Part shown: positions 57,155 to 64,000 of the stretch, one piece after another
How the letters are laid out: each line of letters opens with the position of its first letter
How positions within the stretch are numbered: position 1 is the first letter of the stretch
DNA from: Candidatus Saccharimonadales bacterium
GTDB taxonomy: Bacteria > Patescibacteriota > Saccharimonadia > Saccharimonadales > DATKHC01
Reading direction: 5' to 3'
NCBI GenBank assembly: GCA_035510465.1
Contig: DATKHC010000001.1
Coordinates: 70,799 to 134,798 of the forward strand
Length of the DNA stretch: 64,000 nucleotides
The notes under the pieces: generated by a model
Seen by the model: the letters and a program-made list of their open reading frames with translations, nothing else
Told to the model about the DNA's origin: nothing
Databases searched by the model: none
Program-made: the position numbers and the translations under genes

Positions 57155-60127
57155 CTACGCCGGTGGTTCGGTAGGTGGTCCTTGTGGTTGTCCTGTGCCA
57201 CTGGCTATGTTCTGATCTGTAAACTGACCACCTCTACCTCTTAAGTTCTCTTTCTGATAATCCTCTATTTCCTTGGCCAAACCCATTATCCTATTGACAG
57301 CCTCTTCAGCAAATTGTTTAGTCTTAGGATCAGTATAAGCCCCAGGTGCGTAGGTCATAGCCAATTGTTCCAAAGAAGCTCGTCTTTCTCTGTCGGCTCT
57401 CTGGTTGATAATAACGACTTGATCTTGTGCTTCTTGCTGGGCCTGCGCCTGAACCGCGGGAGGCTGATTTGCAGCAGCAGCAACTATTTGTTGAGCTACT
57501 CGTTGACCCTCAGCAGTAGCATTTGCCTTTACGTTGCCAACGCGTTCGGCAATACCTTCCATGGATTCTGCAACGGCGTCAAATGAAGTACCATCCTTAC
57601 GATATTCAGTGTACGGCTTAAGACTGTTTGTCACGCTTGGGCCTCCTCTAGCCAAATTGGCACCAAGTCTTTGGCGTGCGTCGGTTGGTTTTTTATCATA
57701 TAAGGTTTGGTAACTACTGACGACATTGTTTTTCAGTTCCGAAGTGTAAGTTATGTAGTTTCCAGCGTTCTTTGAGGTGAAGATTAGATCTCCCCAAGCC
57801 GCGGCCTTGGCTGATCTATCTTGCTGCGAGGTTCCGTACATATCATTTAGTTTTTCGAGGGAAGCACCAGATAGTTTACCAAAACTCGCATTTACCTTCA
57901 TGGCACCTAGGATCATATCTTTTCGGCCAGCATATTTAGCATACATGGCTAAACCATCGGCCTTGTCAGTTTCGCCTGCATCTCTCAGCTCTTTAACACG
58001 ATTTTGTAGTGATCCTAGAGTACCGCCGTGATTTATGAACTCATTTCCTGACCCATCGTCTAACAATCCCTCTTGTTGGAGAGTCTTCGCGGCTTCGTTG
58101 ATACTCCCTGCCATACCGGTAGATAAGGCGGACCGACCTTTCAGGGCGTGCTTTCCTGGGAGTAGTGCTGAAGGCTGAGTAACATATGCGAGCCCAGCGT
58201 TTAAACCCCTGTTGTATCTCTCGTTAAATCTCTGACCCCTCTTAAACTTATTAATACCTGGGATCTTGGCTCCAGGGTACCTGTTTTCTCTCTTCATCTT
58301 ACCCCAGTTTTCGGCCAATTTCCTCTTTCTAAAGTTATTAAGTGGCTTATTGGCGGCTCGCTGCAAATGTGTAGCCAGACTACCAGTTGCGGACAATAAA
58401 CCCCCAGCCCACTTAAACGTAAACGGAATCATAAAGTATGGTCCGAAATAGGCGATGATGGCAACCATCTCTTGAACTAGGCCAGTATTACCCCCCGAGG
58501 TAGTTACAGCCGCAAACACTCGACCAATCGCGATTATACCGGAGATGATTGGGAACATTAGAAGGGCTTTGCTTAGATTTTCCCACCACAATTTCCATAC
58601 TCTCTGGGTGCCGGGAAGGATATACATGGCAATAGCAATGGGTGCAAAAATTGCTAGGAATACTACAAGAATCTCTCGAAAGGTTAACAGAACAAAGGCC
58701 AAAATTACCGCTATAGCAGCAGTCAAAACAATGCTCAAGATACCAATAAGACTCAAACCTACCAAACTGGCTGCGCTCAGCAGAACCAGTGCTGTCGAGC
58801 CAGTTTGACCGATTTGTATCGTACCAATGGACGTAAACGGTGTATAAATAAGTGCTCTAATACCTTGCCCCAGTCCATCAGAAACCTGAATCAATACCTG
58901 TATTATTTGCCAGGACAGGGAAATGCCAATAACAGCAATTAACATACGAGGCAGCACTTTTTTAATGGTGTAGGCATCAAAAGCTTCGTAACCCAAAGCC
59001 TGTGATATAACCATTACTAAAGCCGCTATAACGACTATGGCAATTGCGAGAGTTCGTAGACTTTCCCAAGCTTTATAGAAACCGTTACTCCCGGCTTGCT
59101 GGGCAGGTGTGTTTGATTGCCCGGCACAATTTGGGTTCTGTGACCCAGCTATCGTGCCGTTAAAGTACTGACAGCCATTTATATCTAACATACCAACTAT
59201 TGCGCTGTCCAAAGTGCCGATTAACTTAGATGCAGTATCGACGATCGGACAAAACAACCAAGTCAGAGGATTAAAATCAACGACACAATTCAATGCAGGT
59301 CCGGATTCGGCTTGCGCACTGCTTGGAGTACCAGAAGGAGGGCCAGGTGCGGTTAAGGAAGCAAGGGTATAGGCGCCATTTTGAACTGAGCCACCATTTG
59401 GGCAGTTATAGTTGTATTCTGCCGCTACAGTAGCCGTTAGACCACTCGGTAGAGTTCCATATCCATGACCACAATTTTGATAAACCGAGATGCTTGGCGG
59501 AGTATAGTTCTCGTCGGCATTAGAGTTGCTGAAAGTTGGGCTACCCCATTCTTGGGAATCTGAAGGTTCACCCGGATAGCATGGTACGTAGTATGGTCCA
59601 ACTTGACCAATGGTAAAACCACTAGAATCTACAACTGAAAATGTCCAATCGTTTTGGGGTGTGTCTGTACATGCAGCCAGAGATCCAGCCGCAGTGCCAC
59701 TGCCACTGGTGGCTTCATAAAAGGTTCTATCATCCCCCGTAACAATAATCTCGTAGGTATTTGTTAGCGGTTCAGTAACTGGTGTTTCATTACAATGTCC
59801 TTCTTGTTTAGGTGGGCAGGTAGGCGTTACTTGCTGGGTTGTTACTTGGTTGCCGCTTACTGACAGAGTCCCAGTTGAATTACCGCCATCGGGACCAGGG
59901 GAAGGAGCAGCCTGCCGAGTTGCGATTACAGTGACCCCAGAACCGCTGACAGTCGAGGGATTAAGATGAATGAAAAACTCCTCATAGTTAGAAGGAACAC
60001 CTACAGGAGTCTGAACAGGAGTATCACCCAAAACTTTATGATTGCCCAGGAACAAGAAGAACCCCATGGCAACTAATCCAGTCAAGAAGACAATATTTAA
60101 ACTGATTTTCAATTTGTGTTTTAACAT
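57155..60127 (-). CDS. giant polytopic VirB6/TrbL-like channel protein (PrgH/TcpH/ConG analogue) with Cys-containing ectodomain and large C-terminal cytoplasmic domain
   Basis: 990 aa. The signal/anchor is followed by a roughly 320-aa Cys-, Gly-, Pro- and Thr-rich N-domain. A block of 6-7 TM helices (aa 355-590) is Gly/Ala/Ile-rich like TrbL/VirB6. A 400-aa hydrophilic tail ends the protein. It is the first gene of the operon. Confidence 0.55.
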   Translation of the reverse strand: MLKHKLKISLNIVFLTGLVAMGFFLFLGNHKVLGDTPVQTPVGVPSNYEEFFIHLNPSTVSGSGVTVIATRQAAPSPGPDGGNSTGTLSVSGNQVTTQQVTPTCPPKQEGHCNETPVTEPLTNTYEIIVTGDDRTFYEATSGSGTAAGSLAACTDTPQNDWTFSVVDSSGFTIGQVGPYYVPCYPGEPSDSQEWGSPTFSNSNADENYTPPSISVYQNCGHGYGTLPSGLTATVAAEYNYNCPNGGSVQNGAYTLASLTAPGPPSGTPSSAQAESGPALNCVVDFNPLTWLFCPIVDTASKLIGTLDSAIVGMLDINGCQYFNGTIAGSQNPNCAGQSNTPAQQAGSNGFYKAWESLRTLAIAIVVIAALVMVISQALGYEAFDAYTIKKVLPRMLIAVIGISLSWQIIQVLIQVSDGLGQGIRALIYTPFTSIGTIQIGQTGSTALVLLSAASLVGLSLIGILSIVLTAAIAVILAFVLLTFREILVVFLAIFAPIAIAMYILPGTQRVWKLWWENLSKALLMFPIISGIIAIGRVFAAVTTSGGNTGLVQEMVAIIAYFGPYFMIPFTFKWAGGLLSATGSLATHLQRAANKPLNNFRKRKLAENWGKMKRENRYPGAKIPGINKFKRGQRFNERYNRGLNAGLAYVTQPSALLPGKHALKGRSALSTGMAGSINEAAKTLQQEGLLDDGSGNEFINHGGTLGSLQNRVKELRDAGETDKADGLAMYAKYAGRKDMILGAMKVNASFGKLSGASLEKLNDMYGTSQQDRSAKAAAWGDLIFTSKNAGNYITYTSELKNNVVSSYQTLYDKKPTDARQRLGANLARGGPSVTNSLKPYTEYRKDGTSFDAVAESMEGIAERVGNVKANATAEGQRVAQQIVAAAANQPPAVQAQAQQEAQDQVVIINQRADRERRASLEQLAMTYAPGAYTDPKTKQFAEEAVNRIMGLAKEIEDYQKENLRGRGGQFTDQNIASGTGQPQGPPTEPPA

Positions 60128-60307
60128 GAATTGAGGCCCACAACTTTAACTGGTTTAGCCCAGTTAGCACTTTTAGCAGAGGCAGCAAGGCTGTCCCTTA
60201 GCACTTTATTTAATCTCAACGAGCAAATAAATTTATTAACAATTACTTGTTCTTTGCACGGCATTGCTCAAGGTTGTTTATACCATAAAAGTCATCTAAA
60301 CATAAGC

Positions 60308-60336
60308 TTGCTGAAGGCAGTCAAAATCAGTATAGT
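60308..60336 (+). promoter_or_regulatory. candidate sigma-70-type promoter for the pilin array
   Basis: TTGCTG (60308-60313), 17-nt spacer, TATAGT (60331-60336), about 78 nt upstream of the first pilin ATG. Pattern match only. Confidence 0.35.
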
Positions 60337-60413
60337 AATAAAAATAAGGTATCAGAGTATAAAAGTGCTCACTTTTTCTAAATATAAAGAACCTGTAAAA
60401 ACAAAAATCAAGG

Positions 60414-61112
60414 ATGAAAGTTATCAGAAGCACACTAAACTTATTTGCAAAAACCTCTTTTTTGAATTCAATTTCGTTAATCCTGGCCCTAGTTTTTGGG
60501 ATATCGATATTTCAAGGGCATACTTTTGCCGCATCTGGAGGAGTGTGCCATGACAGTTTTTCGAACATTTCCTACAAGTGTGGCACAGCGGGCATTAACC
60601 CCTGTAGTTTTATTCCGATACAGGGGCAAAGTCCAAGCGGTCAGGGTAATTGTGACCCTTCGGCGTGTGCAAGCCAATCATGTCCTTCAGCCTCAATTTG
60701 GACATTTGACCCAACTCAGTGTTATCTTCTGTCCACTGTGCCCAACAGTTCTGCTGAGCAGTGGGTAGGTGGTCAAAATTGCTCAGGCGCAGACTACACA
60801 ACTAATGTTCAATCTACCACCATACCATCCAACGTAACTCCACCGGATGCAGCAGCTAACTGTAGTACTAATTGTAACTTGATAACTGAATACTTAAATC
60901 CAATAATCAATTTCTTGTCTGCGGCAGTTGGCATAGTGGTCGTTATGATGATCGTTGTTGGCGGTATTCAATATTCGTCATCCGGCGGTAACCCGCAATC
61001 CGCAGCAGCCGCTAAGAAAAGAATAGCCAATGCTATTTTAGCCGCTTTTGCCTTTTTGTTTTTGTATGGCTTTCTACAGTTTATAGTTCCCGGGGGACTT
61101 TTTAATGGCTAG
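60414..61112 (+). CDS. VirB2/TrbC-like T4SS pilin paralogue 1, with extended 10-Cys ectodomain
   Basis: Signal peptide ending TFA-AS. A 130-aa head with 10 Cys is followed by a C-terminal TM-loop-TM hairpin (IVVVMMIVVGGIQYSSSGGNPQS...AILAAFAFLFLYGF). Confidence 0.65.
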   Translation: MKVIRSTLNLFAKTSFLNSISLILALVFGISIFQGHTFAASGGVCHDSFSNISYKCGTAGINPCSFIPIQGQSPSGQGNCDPSACASQSCPSASIWTFDPTQCYLLSTVPNSSAEQWVGGQNCSGADYTTNVQSTTIPSNVTPPDAAANCSTNCNLITEYLNPIINFLSAAVGIVVVMMIVVGGIQYSSSGGNPQSAAAAKKRIANAILAAFAFLFLYGFLQFIVPGGLFNG

Positions 61113-61134
61113 GCCAAAGGACTAAGATATAGAC

Positions 61135-61551
61135 GTGGATATTTTTTCTTCAATCGCACCAGCAATTAAACTGTTTGCTGACAGTTGCGGAGGTAGTAGT
61201 ACTACCTTCTTTGGTTTACCAGTTTGGTATAAATACCTAGCGATTAAAGCGAGTTCGACCAGCGCTTGTAACTTCAACGGCTTTAGTTTGTTCAACGGAA
61301 GTAATTTTGCCCCAGATAATATACTGCTAATTCTCTTAGCCGTACTTGACGACCTATTAATTATTGCTGGCATTGTTGCGGTAGTCTTTGTTATATATGG
61401 TGGCGTTCGCTATATCCTAAGTAGCGGAGAGCCAGAGAACGTAAAAGCAGCTCAATCAACTATCCTCAATGCGTTAATAGGGCTAGTAATTAGCGCAGTA
61501 GCTGCTACTCTTGTGAATTACATTGGTTTTGCCTTTGGTGGCGGAAAATAA
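61135..61551 (+). CDS. VirB2/TrbC-like T4SS pilin paralogue 2 (no obvious cleavable signal peptide)
   Basis: GTG start. 2 Cys in the N-terminal part. The motif FFGLPVWYKYL is present. Hairpin IVAVVFVIYGGVRYILSSGEPENVKAAQSTILNALIGLVISAV. Confidence 0.6.
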   Translation: MDIFSSIAPAIKLFADSCGGSSTTFFGLPVWYKYLAIKASSTSACNFNGFSLFNGSNFAPDNILLILLAVLDDLLIIAGIVAVVFVIYGGVRYILSSGEPENVKAAQSTILNALIGLVISAVAATLVNYIGFAFGGGK

Positions 61552-61561
61552 AGGTTGTAAA

Positions 61562-62029
61562 GTGGCTAAATTCAAGACCCAATCACCGAAAAGACGACAC
61601 AAACTACCCGTACTGGTACTGTTATTTATTTTTGGGCTAACGCTGATGTTTGGCCGGGCTGCCTCAACCTCCGCGCAATCACTGTCTCTAGGAGATAAGT
61701 TGCTAAATGTAGCACAAACGAGTCCTCCTTGTTCCTGCTCTTCAAGTTCTACAAGCGTAAACCTCTGCTCATTACCTGGAAGTTGCACGGACCTAAGTAA
61801 CCCATCAAACTCAGCAGCTGCTATAAAAACTGCTCTAAACATACTGTTCTCGATACTTGGAGCCATAGCACTACTTATAGTAACCATAGCTGGTTTCAGG
61901 TATGTAATTTCTAGAGGTGAGCCCCAAGAAGTTTCCAAGGCTAAAGACACCATCCTCTACGCCTTAATTGGGCTGGTGGTCTGCATGGCCGCTCTAGCAA
62001 TAGTTAACTTTGTAGCGGGTAACGTATGA
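61562..62029 (+). CDS. VirB2/TrbC-like T4SS pilin paralogue 3
   Basis: The frame is open from 61523, but the GTG at 61562 gives a proper signal peptide (KRRHKLPVLVLLFIFGLTLMFGRAASTSA-QS). 4-Cys head. Hairpin LLIVTIAGFRYVISRGEPQEVSKAKDTILYALIGLVV. Confidence 0.65.
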   Translation: MAKFKTQSPKRRHKLPVLVLLFIFGLTLMFGRAASTSAQSLSLGDKLLNVAQTSPPCSCSSSSTSVNLCSLPGSCTDLSNPSNSAAAIKTALNILFSILGAIALLIVTIAGFRYVISRGEPQEVSKAKDTILYALIGLVVCMAALAIVNFVAGNV

Positions 62030-62439
62030 AGCGTAGACTAAACAAGTTTTTATCTGCAATAACACTAAGCCTATTTCTTGCGGCTCCCCTTATAGCATTG
62101 CCAGCAAAAATGGCTTTGGCGGACCCAAACGCTCAATTTAATCAAATCTGCTCTGACCCCAACGCCGCTAGTTCACCTATCTGTAAAGATGCACCCAGCA
62201 CTGATCCTCTGACAAACGGGGGCAGTGGCATCCTAGATGACGTTACTAACGTAATCGCCTTAGTTGCAGGTGTAGCAGCCGTTATTATGATCATCGTGGG
62301 CGGGCTAATGTATGTATTGTCTGGCGGTGAGTCCCAAAGGGTAAATTCGGCTAAAAACACTATACTTTTTGCTATCATTGGAATTGTCGTTATAGTTTTA
62401 GCAAGAGCACTAATTGTCTATGTAGTAACACAGGTATAA
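62026..62439 (+). CDS. VirB2/TrbC-like T4SS pilin paralogue 4
   Basis: Signal peptide ending MALA-DP. 2-Cys loop ICSDPNAASSPIC. Hairpin VIMIIVGGLMYVLSGGESQRVNSAKNTILFAIIGIVV. ATGA overlap with paralogue 3. Confidence 0.7.
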   Translation: MKRRLNKFLSAITLSLFLAAPLIALPAKMALADPNAQFNQICSDPNAASSPICKDAPSTDPLTNGGSGILDDVTNVIALVAGVAAVIMIIVGGLMYVLSGGESQRVNSAKNTILFAIIGIVVIVLARALIVYVVTQV

Positions 62440-62441
62440 AA

Positions 62442-62846
62442 ATGAAATTTAAATTAAAAATTTTCCTAGTGGCAGCAGCAGTGAGCGTACTTAGTTTTAT
62501 TGGCTTAAGCCCGTCAGTTGCACATGCAAGTACTTTCACAAGCTCATCAGGTCAGACAATTTGTCAAGGAGTTGGGGAGATTGATAGCTCAGGTAATTGT
62601 GATGCTGCGGGTGGTACATCCGACCTGAGTAAAATTATAGGTACAGTCCTAAATATATTGAGCCTAGTCGTAGGTATAGCAGCGGTTGTGATGATAATTG
62701 TGGCGGGTTTACGATATATATTATCGGGAGGTGAATCACAAAACGTTAACAATGCCAAAAACACTTTAATTTACGCTGTAGTTGGGCTGGTAGTTGTAGC
62801 CCTAGCTCAAATAATCGTTCATTTTGTAATTAATAGCGTGAGTTAA
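62442..62846 (+). CDS. VirB2/TrbC-like T4SS pilin paralogue 5
   Basis: Signal peptide ending VAHA-ST. 2-Cys loop ICQGVGEIDSSGNC. Hairpin VVMIIVAGLRYILSGGESQNVNNAKNTLIYAVVGLVVVALAQIIVHFV. Confidence 0.7.
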   Translation: MKFKLKIFLVAAAVSVLSFIGLSPSVAHASTFTSSSGQTICQGVGEIDSSGNCDAAGGTSDLSKIIGTVLNILSLVVGIAAVVMIIVAGLRYILSGGESQNVNNAKNTLIYAVVGLVVVALAQIIVHFVINSVS

Positions 62847-62958
62847 AGCCACATGATTTTTAATAAACCTACACCTGAGCTTAAGCTTTTTTAACTTGAG
62901 CTTGGCAAGTAGCTATGATATAAGTAATTACGATATCTCAAGAAAGGCTAGCTTAAAA

Positions 62959-63390
62959 ATGATTAAACGAATAAAAGTTTTGTTAACTACAGTAGGTATG
63001 ATAAGTCTGATGCTATCACCTATGGCTATACCAGTTGCTGTACACGCCGATACCATAACACCAGGAAATATAGCTTGTGGCGCTGACGGTAATTTCACCC
63101 CAGGGGCTGATTGTAGTAACGGTAATACCGCAACTAGCTCAATCGACGGAATAATTCAATTTACTCTAAACATCTTTTCGTTAATTGTTGGTATCGTCGC
63201 TGTCATTATGATTATAGTTGGTGGTCTTAAGTACATTCTCTCTGGCGGTGAGTCTTCCAAAACGGCTGGCGCTAAAGATACCATACTATTCGCTATCATC
63301 GGGTTAGTAGTTGTGGCTCTAGCTCAAATAATTGTTCACTTTGTGCTCTCAAATGTGGCTAACGGTACTAATGGCACTGGCGGAAGCTAA
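62959..63390 (+). CDS. VirB2/TrbC-like T4SS pilin paralogue 6
   Basis: The ATG at 62959 (AGAAAGG upstream) gives a signal peptide ending AVHA-DT. 2-Cys loop ACGADGNFTPGADC. Hairpin VIMIIVGGLKYILSGGESSKTAGAKDTILFAIIGLVVVALAQIIVHFV. Confidence 0.7.
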   Translation: MIKRIKVLLTTVGMISLMLSPMAIPVAVHADTITPGNIACGADGNFTPGADCSNGNTATSSIDGIIQFTLNIFSLIVGIVAVIMIIVGGLKYILSGGESSKTAGAKDTILFAIIGLVVVALAQIIVHFVLSNVANGTNGTGGS

Positions 63391-63422
63391 ACAAAATCTT
63401 TTAGAACGAAGGCTAATTTAAT

Positions 63423-63456
63423 AAGCCCCTTGGAAATCAAGGGGCTTAATTTATTT
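63423..63456. terminator. bidirectional rho-independent terminator between the pilin array and hsp20
   Basis: Perfect 9-bp stem AAGCCCCTT (63423-63431) / AAGGGGCTT (63439-63447) with a 7-nt loop, followed by the T-rich AATTTATTTGTCTTTT. It lies between convergent genes. Confidence 0.8.
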
Positions 63457-63468
63457 GTCTTTTAGTGT

Positions 63469-63945
63469 TTATAGAACCTGGATCTTCTTAACAGTTTCTT
63501 GCTTAACTTTAGTAAAGCTGATGGTGAGAACGCCGTCTTTTAGAACTGCTTCAACCTCATCTTCTTTAACTGGGACTGGTAGGGCAATGCTACGAGAGAA
63601 TTCACCCCAGTAACATTCCTGGACAAAATAGTTCTCTACGTCTTCCTCGTTTCCAGCCGAAAGCGTACCTCTGATACTTAGAGTGTTATCTGCAATCGAA
63701 ATATCCAAATCACTCTTGTTAACCCCAGCAGTTCTGGCTTTAACAACTAGCTTTTCTCTAGTCTCGTAAACGTCTACCGCTAACTGACCAGGCACAGTAT
63801 CGTCCTCTTCCCACTCTTCAGCAGCTACAGCAGTAGTTTCTTCTTCACTACCCTCTGGAGCTAAATCCTCATCTCCCAGGAAAGCAGCCGTTAATTCGTC
63901 TTCTTCCATTAGTAGGTCATCATCGTCACGGCTCTTGCGTGCCAT
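63469..63945 (-). CDS. hsp20: small heat-shock protein (Hsp20/alpha-crystallin family) with acidic N-terminal extension
   Basis: Alpha-crystallin domain (LAVDVYETREKLVVKARTAGV...LSIRG...FSRSIALPVPV...AVLKDGVLTISFTK). The ATG at 63945 is preceded by GGAGGG. Confidence 0.88.
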   Translation of the reverse strand: MARKSRDDDDLLMEEDELTAAFLGDEDLAPEGSEEETTAVAAEEWEEDDTVPGQLAVDVYETREKLVVKARTAGVNKSDLDISIADNTLSIRGTLSAGNEEDVENYFVQECYWGEFSRSIALPVPVKEDEVEAVLKDGVLTISFTKVKQETVKKIQVL

Positions 63946-64000
63946 AAGTGCTACCCTCCGCAAATATCAAATAAATTTTAGAATTTGCAATTTTTGTTAC

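Noticed and set aside
60131-60553. 140-aa plus-strand ORF in the T4SS divergent spacer
   Set aside because: It starts immediately after the VirB6-like gene start and runs through AT-rich promoter-like sequence. It overlaps the well-formed signal peptide of pilin 1 in another frame. It has no motif and a low-complexity composition.
61483-61953. 156-aa minus-strand ORF, and other antisense ORFs over the pilin genes (61122-61373, 62142-62378, 62564-62764, 60489-60801)
   Set aside because: These are shadow ORFs antisense to the clearly patterned pilin frames (signal peptide plus hairpin). They have no independent features.
48212-63390. Interpreting the T4SS-like locus as an integrative conjugative element or plasmid remnant
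   Set aside because: No integrase, relaxase, coupling protein, replication or partition genes, tRNA target or flanking direct repeats are visible in the window. The flanks are core genes (recF, hsp20). This cannot be fully excluded without the rest of the genome.
1-64000. Alternative genetic code (UGA recoding, as in some CPR lineages)
   Set aside because: TGA is used as a genuine stop at ends of conserved proteins. Examples are rfbC (ATGA overlap with rfbD at 16259-16262) and the PGT/GT4 junction at 13502-13505. All conserved proteins are full length under code 11.
1-64000. tRNA, rRNA or tmRNA genes in intergenic spacers
   Set aside because: None of the spacers over 60 bp shows acceptor-stem or T-loop (GTTCGAATC-like) signatures or rRNA-like conserved blocks.

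Overview
The window is a gene-dense, AT-leaning bacterial chromosome segment spanning the replication origin. The organism uses the standard genetic code: TGA acts as a stop, for example at the rfbC/rfbD ATGA overlap. From gene content I infer a reduced-genome CPR/Patescibacteria organism, probably Saccharibacteria-like. The supporting clues are an archaeal-type AspRS, many tiny or overlapping intergenic gaps, a very large envelope-glycan locus and a T4SS-like locus with many pilins. This placement is not verified.

Four blocks:
(1) 1-10.3 kb holds housekeeping and orphan genes: a MurC-like ligase, aspS, a CNNM/CBS protein, a Kef-type antiporter, nadD-like, a Zn-ribbon orphan and a regulator carrying only a LexA DNA-binding domain.
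(2) 10.3-43.5 kb is a roughly 30 kb cell-envelope polysaccharide locus. It contains a WbaP-like initiating transferase, a Wzy_C-type ligase-like protein, rfbBCDA for dTDP-rhamnose, the Wzm/Wzt ABC exporter plus a coiled-coil methyltransferase, about 9 GT2/GT4 glycosyltransferases, 3 further methyltransferases, a sugar dehydrogenase and epimerase, 2 GtrA-like proteins and 4-5 large polytopic GT-C-like membrane proteins.
(3) 41-48.2 kb is the origin core: jag-yidC-(GT2)-rnpA-rpmH, then oriC, then dnaA-dnaN-recF.
(4) 48.2-63.4 kb is the most interesting part. It is a chromosomally embedded minimal type IV secretion-like locus with a VirB6-like protein, a PrgI/VirB3-like protein, VirB4, a lysozyme+CHAP hydrolase and large orphan proteins. 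It is transcribed divergently from six tandem VirB2/TrbC-like pilin paralogues that have conserved hairpins and variable cysteine-loop heads. No relaxase, coupling protein or integrase is visible. An hsp20 gene follows.

I recognised no rRNA, tRNA, CRISPR array, transposase or integrase. All functional calls rest on motif-level recognition by eye; no database search was run.
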